64,000 nt of DNA. Origin: Raillietiella orientalis (lineage: Eukaryota). A program made the position numbers and the translations under genes. The stretch covers positions 496,001 to 560,000 of the forward strand of contig JAYWIR010000031.1 of assembly GCA_036172245.1 (NCBI GenBank). The letters run 5' to 3'. Shown piece after piece: positions 46,946 through 60,600 of the stretch. The notes beneath the pieces are model-generated. The model saw only the letters and a program-made list of their open reading frames with translations, was not told the DNA's origin and did no database searches. Within the stretch, counting starts at the first letter, position 1. Each line of letters begins with the position of its first letter.

Positions 46946-49900
46946 ATGGAAGCCAGCAGCCGCAGCGGACTTCACCGGCGGAGCATCGTGACGCGAACGG
47001 GATTACCTGGCTGCCCTCTCTCCAGACACGAGACTCGTTCGCGGGGCCGTTAATCCCTCCGTGCCGAGGAGATGCCCTGTTTTGACGTCTTCGATCCTCC
47101 CAAGCTCCGCCGTTCCCGAAATACATTGTTCCTTCTGACGGAGGAAAGGTTGCTTGCGATTGCCAGCCAAATCCGCACCCATGGGGAGCTGTTACTTATC
47201 ATCCTGATGCATCTGGGATGTGTAAATCACGGATTAAGGATGATGCTCCAAACTCGAACCGGGAGCAAAGGAGATCTGCTCCGTTTTCCTTTTGGGCGGA
47301 GGAGGAGGGTGCGCAAGCGACGGCGCGGGGGGGACCCGGCACGGTCTCTGCGCTCCCTCCTCCCCTTTTTTCCCCCCACCACGCTCGTCCTCGGACGTTT
47401 CTTCCTCGTTGCCGTTGAATTATGGGCGCTCCGTTCTTTTAATAGGACGCCTCCACGCCGCGCGCACCGGCAGCGCGCCCAAGGAGGCTGCGCCGGTCTC
47501 CCTCCACAAGCGGATTTATGCGCGTGCGGAGCCCTACGCGAGCCGCCTGCAGCCTGCTCCACCTTCCCCCTCCGCTTCCGTATATCATGCGCGCGCGCTC
47601 CGGGGGGTGCAGGTGACAGTGGACGCGAATAACGCGCGAGCCAGCGGCTCCCGCGTCGGTCGCCACGGCGGCACCTCCTATCCCCCTCTGTCAGTCGCGC
47701 CCACGCCGCCTCTCACTCCGGGCCACGTCTCAGGTGAGGAGGTCGCCCCTGACGGGTCCCCAGAATTTATCACGCGCCTCCAATAATGCCCCCCCTCCCT
47801 AATTATTTCTGCTCCGGGAGTCCCTTCGCCCGCCCTGCCCCCTAAGAGAGAAAAATCCGATCGCCGGGATGCAGCCAGATTTATGAAACAGCCCGCCCCG
47901 CGCCGGGTAATCCGAGGGATAAATCAGCCTGCACGGAGGCGAAGGGGGACCGCGTGTTTGCGTTCCGCGAATCCGGGGAGAGCCTTCCCGACCGTCTGCG
48001 GTGGGAGAGCGGGCGGAAGAGGCGCGCGCGCATCCTCCTTTCCGGCTGATCCGGCGGTGGTGGCGCGGCACCGGTAGCTCGGCGGCGGCAGCGTCCTCTC
48101 CCTCGCGCGCGCGCGCGCCAGGATGCGTTCGTCCTGCCGCAGCGCCGTCGCTCGCCAGGGGAGCCGGGAGGAAGACGAGTGCGGGGAGGAGGCGGCGGGC
48201 TGGAGATGGCGCTGCCCTCCCCCAGCCGTCCGTATCTCCGCCTCCCAGATAGCGCTTATCTACGCAGCCTCGGGGCAAAAAACAAACAAACAAACAAACA
48301 AATCACAAAGGAAACGTGTCAGCGTTCGACCCCGAAACTGCAAGCGGCATCAAAACAGCAGCGCGTCCCGCCGCGATGATCCCCAGGAGAGACGCACTGA
48401 TGGAAAGAGCGATCGGGAGAGGCGGACGTGCGTTTGACGGAACTCAGCTTCTGTCTCGGTTGCTCCCAGAGAATCTGAGCGGGGATCAGTTCGGGGGCTA
48501 CACGCGCAGTTCTTCCTGGAAGAATCCGAACCGCTGCAAGGACTCGACTCACCTCGGAGGATACCGTCGCGGATTGTTCCAAGGCCCGGGTCACGCCGAG
48601 TCGCTTGCTCAAAAGAGTCATCCGCGTGCCTCAGGGAAATCGACGCGCCGTGAGGTGCGCTGCCTTCTCTCCTGCAATGCCTCTGAGTTCGTGGCAACAG
48701 GATGCCTGTTAGAGGCTTGGAGTGGATGTGTGCGGATGAGGAATAGATCTCGCAGAGAGCAGCACTCCCCCCTGTTGCGATCCCCGCCTTCAAACGCCGT
48801 TTCCTCATCCTCGAGGCTCACAAGAGCGTCCCTCTGGGGGCAAGGCACACTTCGCTGCGAACGCGCTGGTGGAGGTGGCCAGCTGTGTAGGACGTTTTCC
48901 CGTGTTTTCCATCACGTGAGCGGGCTTTTCCCGCCTCCGGCGGGAAGCGATTCCAGCGGGTCGCATTCCAGGAAATCCCAGGAGCAGATTCGGGCGAAGT
49001 GGGCTTAGCTCCCACTGCGAACGCGGCGACGGGTGGAGCTGCATGTGCGAGTGCGGGGGGAGGCCTCGGGCAGTGCTAGAGCCTCCCGCCCGACCACTCA
49101 GTGGCCCGGTCCTCTTCTGATTTCTCCTGCATCAGACCAACTTCGGCGTAGTTCCAGAACTGCCGTTGATCGCCGAACTTCCTTCCTTCCCGTCCTACTT
49201 CCTCTCTTGTTCCCTCAGCTTCCGCACTCCCTTTCCGCATCTCCTCTCCCATCCTCGGCCTTTCCCGTCTCCATGGAGGAGTGCCAGATCCTATGGCGGC
49301 ACCAGGTTCACCTGTTTTTCTACTCCCATTCCCTGTACGCGGAATCAGAAAATGTCATAAAGCGCGTTTCCCATGATGGGAAGGGTTAGCCTTTCCGCAG
49401 TGCGTTAAGATAACAATGATTTTTGGAAGCTTTGGCGCGTGTATCTGGAGCATGACTCTTTCAAAATGACAGCTGTTTTGGGTGGATGTCGCCTCAGGGA
49501 CTTGGAACCCCAATCGCTGGGCGGCTGGCTTTCGAAGTGTTCTGAGATCCTTTCGGAAGAGAGCCGCGTCCGTCTGCGGACGGCGGAGTCAGCCCGGCGT
49601 GCGCCACCACCAGGAGTCGCGCCGCGGTGGCTTCCCTCCTCCCTCTCTTCGAGTGCGTGAAGCTACCACGGGCGCCGCGAATGGAGTCGCTAGAAAGCAT
49701 CGGATGCCAGTTCGATAGAAAGGAATGGGGGTGGCGAGTGGAGGGTAAAACTGGAGATTGTGGATCGCCAGCGCATTGCCAAATGGATGTGGGATCGCTA
49801 GGAGGCAACGCCCTGCATGCGCGATGCTGCGGAGGCGATCCGAATGAGACGGTTGGGGATCTCCTTCGTCCGTTCGCCAGTTCCGAAGCTCCAATGGCAG

Positions 49901-51215
49901 TGACATTTCCTGATCCCGGCATCTTACCCACCTGAACCGTGAATCCGGGAGGTTACAACTCCTCCTTCTTCTCCGTGAAACGGGCATTCGAGAGTTGCTC
50001 CTGCAGAAGAAGCACCACGTTCTCCTCCGGGCCACCGAAGCACCTGTCGCGTTCCAGCCATCGTTCGCTTCCTCGCACCTCCCCGAAGCGACAGCCAAGA
50101 ACACGCGGATCGCGAATAATCACGTGTTTCCAGCTTCCTAGAATTTCGTCTGCCTCCGGTGGGATGCGGCAGCGATGCGACGAGACCGGTGACTTCGCGG
50201 AAGAGCGCAACTTCCCCCTCCCCATCCCGTGGAATACACCTACGGCGATCTCTGAAAGTCGGTCTCAATGGCCCGCGGTGCTTTGATTGGGCAGCGGCTT
50301 ATCTATGGGATCAATAGTGAGTATTCACTTTTCGCCTCCTTTGGCTTCCTGATGCCACGAGAGCTGAAGGGAAATCCATCACGCTTAGCCGAGATGAAGA
50401 ATGAAGATTCAGGCGGATGTCTCGCAGCTCATCCGATGATCCCGGCGGTTGGCCATCTTCCCCGACCCCACTACCTGTTCTCTGTCCCAAGAGTTCCCCC
50501 GGACGATTCGAGCTGGAATGCAGCAGCCTCTCTCGAAGGGATCTTGGAAACGGAATCTCAGCATCATTCTTCCGCAGGGAGAACGACTGCTGCGGTTTCA
50601 TACAGAATCGATAACAACGTAAGGCTATCGGATGCTTTGGAAGAAGCTGAATAACCAATTAAATGCCCCTTCTTCTTTTCTCTCCGAGAAGCGATTGGGT
50701 GCACTGCTGAATTGAATGCACGCTCCGGCATGCTTGGTTCCTGTTGATACTTGAAGCTTGCGCACTCATCCTGACCAGAGCTGCACGCGTGACGGAAACG
50801 GTTCGGCGGTCCACAGGAATGGCTTCGAGCGTTGGTAAACTCCGAAGTGACCACGGACGCAGCAGCGAGTGTGCTCACCGGTGGGTGCCAGGCTCAATCA
50901 GTCGATCAATTAATCTGCTTCTCTCTGCCAGCGAGGAAGCTGTGGCGGAGCCTCGAGACCTCATGGAAGCAGCGTTTTGCGTTCTCTTTCCCCAGTATTT
51001 TACTTCTTTCATTAGTTACTGATAATGGAAGGGATACGTTATAGAAAATTGATTACTAATGAAGACAGAAGACGCGAATTCCCCTTATCCAGATGGTAAG
51101 TCCGTAGCCATAAATCGCAGGAGATTTTCCTAGGAAACGAAAGAGATTATTCCATGCTGAACGTGATTTCCGAGATATCGGGCAAGTTTCAGGAACAGAA
51201 CAGCTCTCGTAAAGA

Positions 51216-51239
51216 AGAGAGAGAGAGAGAGAGAGAGAG
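51216..51239. repeat. (AG)n microsatellite
   Basis: Read directly. Confidence 0.95.
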
Positions 51240-51617
51240 GAAAGAAAATCCGAAAAGTGTCGTGACATCCAGATGAGGGGGAAATTCCATTGAGAAAAGC
51301 CTCAAAGATGAACGAATGCACCAGTTAACTCGAAAGTAGCGGCAAGCTGCTCCTCAACCCACGATGGTGAACTGTGAGAGGCGTCGATGTAGGGGAACTG
51401 TTTCCAAGAGTTTCTTCTCAAGGACGTCCCGATTCCGAGTGAGAAAGAAGCCTGAGGTAATCTTCCTCTTTCGAGTGCCGTCAATTTTTCGTTACATCAT
51501 TGTGTGCTTCCAGAATCCAGCATATCCATGTAGAACAAATGCAGTGAGAGCGTACAAATATAATACCATACATGTTTCATATGTTTACGTATTCTTTTAA
51601 TTGGCTTCCCTATCATT

Positions 51618-51687
51618 GAGCCTTCTACCACGAGTAGAGTGACTAGCTAATGGTACTTTTAGTCACTCTACTCGAAAGGGAAGGTTC
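51618..51687. other. Isolated ~70-nt hairpin with a perfect 15-bp stem
   Basis: cgagtagagtgacta (51631-51645) and tagtcactctactcg (51660-51674) enclose a 14-nt loop. There is an extra basal stem gagccttc/gaaggttc. Confidence 0.85.
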
Positions 51688-54600
51688 TCTGTTCCTTGAC
51701 TGAAGATCCCATGGTAGATACATGGTACTGTGTCTTTGATGCAACAAAGAGCAAGAACAAAAAGCCCCAGTTAGAGATTTTCGTGAGGTAATGCATGGTT
51801 TCTGAGCATTCGACATGCACGTTCAGATCTAGGACAGGGTTCAGGAATAGTGTTGTTCGGGTACTATGGTGACGCAAGAAACCCCATTCCTAAAAAGACC
51901 AATAAGACCAAAAAAAAAAAATTTGAAAGTCAACAAAATTTTAAAGCAAGGAGGAAAAAACTTTTATTCTGAGACTTTCCAAGACAAAATCGGTACAGAC
52001 ATCAGAAGAAACGACTGTCATTGCATTCTCAGTACCTTTCTAAAGTATTGATGCAGAATCAGTTTCCCAAAGCCCCAGAGTTGGTACTTTTGGAAGTCAA
52101 AAGGATCAACATGGCAAGTAGCCATGCAAGAAGAATCTTGTACTAAGGCCATGTGGAATTAAATCGGTTCAACAAATCTCCCTAGCAAACAGCAAAGAGC
52201 ATTGATCCTCACCTTCCAAAAACTGGCAGAAAAGCTGCTTTCACATTATGTATGCCTCTGGGAGAGAGAGAGAAAAAAACAAACAAACAAAAAAAAGCAA
52301 TTTTCGCTAAGAGAAGTCGCACACATCTGTGGATCATTTTAGATTCCGGAGTGATGTAATTATCATCCCAGGAGATCATGGAGCTGTAATCTTAATTACG
52401 ATCAGGGTTTTACAATCCTCGAAATCGTGACATCTTGCGACTTTCAGCTGCCTGCCACCAAGTGCTCAGCGGTCAACCGGGAAACAGATCGGCAAACTTG
52501 GAGTTTGCAGAAAAGTTTTTAGCTGGGCATCGAAAGATGGGGAGCTGTGTTTGCTTCGCCTTAGGACAATCCTAGCCGCCGCGAATTACGAACTGGACTA
52601 GCTCAACAAGACTGAGGACTTGTGAGATCATACACGTGTCATCTTCGTCTTCCCGCTATTTAATCCCATGAGCTCATCGCGGGTCAGTCTTTTTGAGGAA
52701 TTCGCGAATTCGAGTGCTTTCAGCTGTTCCCCCCGGAGGACCACACTGGCTCCATTTCCTCATCAGAAGCGAACGCAATCGAATTCCGGAGACCTTATTT
52801 ATGAATTTCACCCGATGAATGTGGTCCGTATGACTGTCCGTTTGCAGACGGGTCAGACGGACGACTTGCAGTATCCCAGAATCATCAAAACATGCCATTT
52901 CCTGAAAACAGGGAAAATCAAAAGCAGGGAAACCAACGAAGTGTTCCGTCGTATCGAAGGCAAATCGGTTCGCATCGACCCGCCTGGGGGGATGAGAAGC
53001 CCATTAGCATGAATTCTCGAATGAAACCTGCTGCTACAAATACTTGAGCATGGGTCACGTAATTGATACTCGCATACCAAAGGCTTCCTTCCTTCATCCT
53101 TCCTTCCAAAGGCTTCCTTCATTACATGGACCTACGACGCGCGCTGGATGCAACAGTTCATTAGTTCATGCGGCACTCAAGAGTTAGCTGCCACAGGCGC
53201 TTCATCTTTCAGTCACAGTTCGAGACCTTCGTCATTATACACTTCGCGTGAAGTTTCAGGTGGGATTTCCCTGAACTTGTGCGTCCTGGCTCTAGGGTGG
53301 TTGGTGATGGCTTTGATTATTCTTTGCCATGTGACGAATTTCTCATCGTTGCTCGCCTGTGCTGATAAATCATCATCATCAGGTTCCAAAACAGCTTGCG
53401 AACGGTGTCTTCCCGAAGTCAGAAGAATGTTTCGTCAACTGAATTGGGTAGGTTCACCAGTGCCGCTTGACACGACCTTGGTTTTTGCATGTTTCGGAAG
53501 GAAGGACTCTTGGTGGGAAAGTCCTTCCGACGATGGGGCAAAACGAAGAGGGAAGCGGTGATCAGGACACAGTTCTCACGCGTTCCGTCGCTAAGTGCAA
53601 CACGAGGTTTCTTCCTTTCCAGGGGAAACGTTCTGTAAATCGGTCCACCGGATGATACCACGACTGTTGGAATTCCAGCCACGTTTGCCGGTCCACCGAA
53701 AGGATGCAAGCTTGGCTTTCCATTTCTTCCGCGTTTTAGACCTTCTCTCATTTGTACGGTGGTTAAGTGTGGTTTTCGTCAAGCCCCGCTGGATGGTGCT
53801 TTTTTATTCGCCCATGAAGTCCAAAGTCGCTTTATTTTCCCCTTCCTTTTTGATTCCAAAAGTAATCTGTTTTTTTTTTTTCCATCAGCGAATTCCGATT
53901 TGCTTTCCTTGTTAATGCATTCATTCATCTGTGCTTTTACCACTCATTAGAGCACGAATCGCGATCCACGGACTTCCATCTTGAGGTGCGTTCTGTGCAA
54001 TGCGTGTAAGGAAAGTAAAAGAACTCACAACAAGGCAAAAACAAAATCTGCGTCTCCGTTTCATATAGAAAGATGTCCTTCTCTTGCTCATATATAAAAG
54101 ACCTGGAATTTTTCGCAATGGTTTGCCTGATCCATGACAGTTACACGACGGTTTGCTTTGCCGAAACTGCGGTTCCTGTTTCCCGATTTTCTCGGGCAAT
54201 CCTCATGATGCCGGGGAAGTCGAACTTTGCTAGAGACTTTTTAGCCGTCTCGAAAATTCAATATACTCCCCAGGGTTGATTCTTGTTTCCAGAACAGTCC
54301 TCAGGGCGCTGACATTCAGCAGCATCTCGAAAATTTGCATGTCCACAAGCATCAAAATCACCAAGAGAGAGGGCACCCCTGCAAGGGCACGCGGGCAGAA
54401 ACTGCAGTGGGAAACGGCGAGTTCGAGAAGAGTCCTCGAGCGCGTCGCCTCGGCGTGTTCCAGCAGGCCGTGCCTTAGGGCGCCCGGAGAACGGAACCGT
54501 TCTCCGGGCGTGACTCTCAAAAAGTGTTTTTTTCTCAGTGAGCTCCCAGAATGCATTCCTGCCGATGATGAAACTTGGGAGATATCTGGGATGCAAGATG

Positions 54601-57600
54601 ATTACTTTAAAGCACTGTTTTCTCGTCCTTAGATGCTTTTTTCTCAATGCTTTGGCGAAGGGGCGAGTCGTTGCTGCCGAACGTTTCCATGGAAAGTTCC
54701 ATGACTCATCCTGAATGAAACATGTCAGCCGTTAGTTGTAGTTCTTTAGAAACCCAATTGCATTTCTTATCTCATCCATCCCTAGTTCCTCTGTCTCTTG
54801 GCTTATCTGCTGCCTGATGTTTATTTAGCACTGTAATTGATCTTCGATTGCTCTTAACGTGCATTAAATTTAGAAAGCCTGGAAATATCTCGGTTTCCTT
54901 CCAAAAATAATTCCGGAGCGAACTATGCGAATTTGAGCGCTGCCTCTGTGGCTTCTACCCCCTTCAGGAGTCCAGTTCCTTTAAAAGCTTTTTGCAATGA
55001 AGGCTAAAGTCGATTCAAAATCGCTGGAAGCAAATAAGATAGATGTGTGACGGACCATTATATTAAGTCACCCCCTTTTTTTGGCTTTTTCAAAGTTAGT
55101 TGTGTATACGAATGGAGGGCGAAAATAAAAATAAAAAAAGAAAAGACAAACGAGCATCCAGTGTTTCTTTTAAGTTGATGAGGTTGTCACGATGCGCAAT
55201 GGTTTCTTAATGCCCGTTGCCATGGGAATACATCTGTTTACACGACGGTGAAAATGAGATGGAGGAATTACAGAACGCACTACCCTTAATGAGAACTCGC
55301 AGGTAAGAAAAATCATTCACGATCCGGCTTCCTCACCAGACCAACATCTAGGGGATCGCTCCATCCGTGCCTAGCTCAGGGCCGCCTTCTTCTCGTAATA
55401 GACGGAACGAAAAATTAATCAAGAGGACCGACAGAGCTCTTTTGCTCAGCTTTGCAGGGGACACATTTTGCCGAGGCGTTCTTCCGTCGCTGAGTCAATC
55501 AGTCGATGCAACAGCACGATGCGGCCATGCAAGCTACGCTGTAGGTATGTTCTGTTTCTGTCTCAGCATCTATAATTTTATAGCTTTTCAGAGTTTGGGT
55601 GATCCTGCTTTATTTGTTTTTATCTCTGAGTTCCTCACGAAACACGTGATTTTTTTTGCAGTACCAGAAGTAGCAGACGGGGAAAAAGACACGCTTTTGG
55701 TTCTTCCACGAATATGAATGCGAGAACAGCTGGTAGCAAAAGGAAAAAAAAAAAAATGATGCTGGAACAAGATGAAGAGAAAGGGAGGAAAGATTGGAAA
55801 GCAAGAATCCTTCAGCTTCTTTGTTCAAAGGAAGAGCATTCTAAAACCACGGAGAACCAGTCAAGCAAAAATAGAGAAAAGGAAAAAAAAATTACATTCT
55901 ACACACGCAGAAAAAGTAGAATGAAAAAGGAAAAGTTCAAAAAAATTCATGTTCCGCGGATCTTCGGTAGGTCATCTGGATGCATCGTGTTTGGAATGTC
56001 ACAACTGCGCCAGGGGGGGGAACAAAAGTCGAGGAAATTTCCTCCGTAAGAACAGGAGAAGAACTTCCACGTTGCAGCAACAAAGACGGCGGGCTCTCTC
56101 AGCAGGAGAATATTCCCAGCAGAGATTTCTGGAAAACGCATGGAAAAACCGATGACTGATTTGAGTTTTCCAGATCCAGCGCTGCATCACAAACACATAC
56201 CGACAGAATTGAAGATCCTTACACTTGAGCAGCGAAATCAGCGCAACTGCATCAACCACCATGCATAAAAAGAAACAAAGCATCAGTGCATCCCTGGTGC
56301 CTGGTTCGCCACTCATGGCGACAGAGAAGAACTGTTCCAATCAGCTCAGTAAGCCTTGCCGACGCCCCGATCCACCATTCCGCCCGCTCACCGAGGAGGT
56401 AGAAAGCAGTCGGAAAGCGTACCTTCGCGTAGGAGCAGTCGCGCCTGTCTCCCATCAGGTTTCAAAAGGAATGCCTAGTGGACCTCCAAATGTCACCAAG
56501 GAAGATCAGATCACAGGAAGGTAGCAGCTATGATCGCTTGGCGCTTTCGAAACAGCGTGCGTTTCCCTTGGAAAAATCATGCAGCGCACACAGAATGCAC
56601 TGATGGTTCGGTTGGCTGCCAACTCTTGCAGCACGAATATCAATCAGCACAGGAACCTCATGCAAGTATTCGCTTTCCCTCAGAGACAGGGGCATCATGA
56701 TGCTGATGCACGGTGAACCGACGGAAAAGTCACTTCATCCCATGGGTGGACTTTTGCGCACATTCGCTAATGGTCGTACCACCTGTGGGAATCATTAGCG
56801 CGATGGGAGCCACTCTGGGGTCAGTAAGATACTTTGATCTGCAATTGTCTTGATGCGATAAGAAACAAAAGAACGGTGGAATAATCCAAGGATAATCCGG
56901 GTGTGTTTCCTGCAGTCCACGAACAGATATAAAAAATTGTAACTTCATTCATTTATTGCGAGCTGAGTCTGCCTTCGAGTGGACCTTTTGTCAAGTTCAG
57001 AAAGAAGCAGATTAATCCTTCACACGATAGAGAAAACTTCATCTTTCACTCGGCCGGCATCTGCTTCGTCGTGTCGTTCATTTTTCGGGTGTCCTAAGTC
57101 TGTTCGCAGCTTCTCTATGTAGCTGGGAAAGCCGAACTGCTCCTGGTTTGGTATTCGTTCTTTCCCAAGCAGAATTTCGGATTCTTCATTCCGTCCGAAA
57201 CAGCGATCGGTTCAGATCTCCGGCTTTCAATCAGAGCCGTAGTCATCTACTCTTTTTTTTCTCGAAGAAATGAATTCTAGGAAACGCCTGAGCGACTGAC
57301 TTATCCTTGCTGCTAATTATCAGGATCCGACAAATTCGAAACGGGAGTTCGAGACTCGCAGTCTTTCACCACGAAGTCAGAAAGTGACATTTCGATAAGG
57401 AAAAACTGAAATCGAAATTCCTCGGCAGTTCATGAATTGACCTCCGAAAGTCTTTGTCTTTCTCTCCTCATAGCCTTCATTTTAATAGGAGACAGTTGGC
57501 GAATTCTGAAATTTTGTCGCGACGGAGATGATTCATGTGTTACCTATCAGCGACTTCAGTTAGTTCCGGTTTCAAGGAACGCTGTTGAGAATCCGAGAAT

Positions 57601-60600
57601 CGCCGTTTTGAGAGAACCTGCAAGAGACAGGGGTCTCATACAGACCCGATTTATTAAGCACTGAATTGGCATTCCGAATGCTGGCCGGAATGCCCATTTT
57701 TCTATTTTTTTTCCGATGGCTCTCTGTCTTCGGAAGAGCAGGGATGATGAAATGTGCACTTTAGATTTGGTTTTGATTACTTCCAGTTCTTCGGTACGAC
57801 TTCATTCTGAAGATGACCATGACGCTGCCTCCGAACTTTCAGGAGCCCCAAATGCAAAAGGAATGCAAAACGATGGATGCTGTGAGACCTTTCGTACAGG
57901 CTGCAGGCTGTACGAAGAGTGCAGGCTGTCTCATTCCTTTCCTGAAACGTGAAGACGATGTCAGAAAATCAAACGCCCATCTGAAAGACTGATCAAAAAT
58001 TCCGAAGGTGAAGATTTTGGCCTCGAAGCCTGAAAGCGTCCAAAATGCTTGCTGCTCTCCAGATAGCATCAGATCTTCCTAACACAGTGTGGGCAGCTTA
58101 GCAGTTGCACTCTTTCCCTGGTAGCGCCCACTCTCCCTGCCGCGTGTGATGTCCTGTGATCTTCAGACCTACGTCGAAACACTGTTAGAATGTGCAGTTG
58201 TGTGGTTTGCCTGTTTGCACTTCAGTGTATTTCGTTTTTTTCCCCCCCCTGTCATTTGGTTGCCATTAGTTTTAAAACTGGTATCCTTCAAGGACGTGAA
58301 CCAAATTCAGTAGTTTCGAATGAGCTTTGTCCTTGCTTGAGAACTTCCCATCTTCACTCTTTCGCCGCTCATCTTGGGCAGGTCTTCACTTCGATTCTCG
58401 AAGCCACGAAGAAGGGCACACAGCTCGTCGTCGGACAAACTGTCTCCTTCTTCAGACTTCATCCTAGTCGCGCAAACCGCAAACACCTTTGATCTCGCTT
58501 CCGTTTTCGAACGCTTTAGCCGAAATTGCTAGAAGAAATGTGTGCCCTGCGATGCTGGGAATTTCGTGCTCCACTCCTTTTGTTCTTTGCCGTTCTTCAG
58601 CACGCCGCATAAGCACTCCAGCCAACTGTGAATGTTTTCCCTGTTTCCTTGCGAAACATTGGTTGGATTTCATATACTCGCAAGAGATCCTTCTCTCCCG
58701 CGTCTCGTCTCAGATCAACATTTTTTTCTTTATGGGGATGAATGTCTCCATTGGGGTTTCCTAATGGTTTTATGCAATTGTGCTCGGCACCGAATCTGCA
58801 GTTTCATTCGAAGAATCAAAGGAAGCTTACTTTTCTCCTTTATGTGGAGGACAATCCTTGACCTTTCATGCCAAGATAATGTTCGAGTGTCGCAATGAAA
58901 TCTGATGTAAGTAGAGTGGAAGGAATCTTGGTGACTCACCGATCTCATCAGCTGGAGAAGAAATGGAGGCATATCGTTTCCAAGCATCCAGAGGCTCACA
59001 GATGCGAAGAAAAGGAGCAGTCTCGACCGTCATCCCTTGATAATTGCATCGCGATTATTGATTTTCCCATCGGATGCGAGGAATGCAGAGGTGCTCTTGG
59101 TCGAAAAGGCCAAGTTCCGGGCTCAGGAGGCAATCCAGCGCACCACCGCAGGTTCTGGAGAATGTGAAGCACACCGAAGTGCTGGACCTGCGCGAATCGC
59201 AAAGTTCGGCGATCACGTCCAAGAGCGGATTCCGGGATACACCGGAATCGCGAGGACGGTGCATCCCGGAATGTGCGTCCTCATGAAGCGTTCCTTCTGG
59301 AATTCCGCTTCAGGTGCGCGTTGTGGTCTTCACGTGCCCCCTCGGGACGGCTACTTCGAGCATCTTCGAAGAAGAAGAGACTCGTTCTCCCTCTCGCTTG
59401 CACTCTCGTTCTTTTTCTGCCTGCTTTCGTGGAGCTGCTGTGACCGCGCTTTTCCGTGTTCAGTTCATTCTGCCTTCCCGTAATAATAAGAGTATGTGTT
59501 GCAGTTTATTTTTATTCCTTGCTCTTTTTTTTTTTTGCTTCTTACGTGCTGCTCGATCATGCATCTCATCTTTGTGATTGATGCTTCTTCATTAATCATT
59601 TGTTAATTTTTCCCTAGAATCAAGGAAAGCGGAAACGAAAAACCCCAGCATCTGGAGAATCCACAGAAGAAGCTCAAGCGGAGGGAAAAAAATAATGCAG
59701 CTAAACAATAGGGGAGCTCACCATCCATCAAGAAACAGCACGGAACTGTTCCCTCGGAGCTGCGCATTTGCATTTCGAGTCTTACACAGAGATGGGATCC
59801 AAGAATGAGAAAAGCAGGTCTCACTGGAAACGTAGCATATGCTGAGCACCTCATGCGTCCGCGAAATGAGCAGAGATTCCAAGAAACAGTTTGGAAGAAT
59901 TGGACGTGGACCGAAGAGGGCATACACGAAGATGTCGAAACCCTCTCTTCATCCACGCAGCCGCCAGGGTTTCTTTCTAGAGCGAAACCGCGACGTAAGC
60001 CGGCGGTCGAAGCCATGTCAAAGGTTTCAATAAATCGAGATGACAGAGACCTTCACCAGAGCTTGAAAGTGCCTCTCCTGCAGACGTGGTATGGGGCAGC
60101 TCTATAAAATGGGTCACCAGTCGGAACAGAGATGGAAATTTTACTCGCCTGCAGAAATAAATTTTATACAGAAGCATGCATCCGTCCAGGCTTCCTTCTT
60201 TCCGAACTGGGAAGAGATGCAGATCTCCACAAATAAGAAGGCTGCCCCGGTTCATAAAACCACGGGTTCCCCAGTTTTAATGAGATGCCATCAATGTCTT
60301 GCAGAAATGAAATTGGACAGACTCTTGATGGAAGCTCTCTTCTTTGGTTACATCATACCAAGAGTTCTTTTTAGGAGCTTTCCTTATTCCTTATCAGTCA
60401 CTGCGAATCAAAGGCTCTTCAGGCAGCCCTGATCATAAACCAGTACTGGATATCGTGAACGTGGTCTGGGGGATAACAAATGCCTTTTCCTTTCGTACTT
60501 TCCGAAAGTACTCGTAGGTGGAAAGTGTAAAATGATTGCAAGAGGCCACAGAGACCCACTCGATTGCCTGTTTAACCTGTTTTTTTTTTTTTTTTTGGAT

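Noticed and set aside
46080..47126. 348-aa hydrophobic minus-strand ORF resembling a membrane protein
   Set aside because: It is the translation of a pyrimidine-rich low-complexity strand (S/L/F/H-rich).
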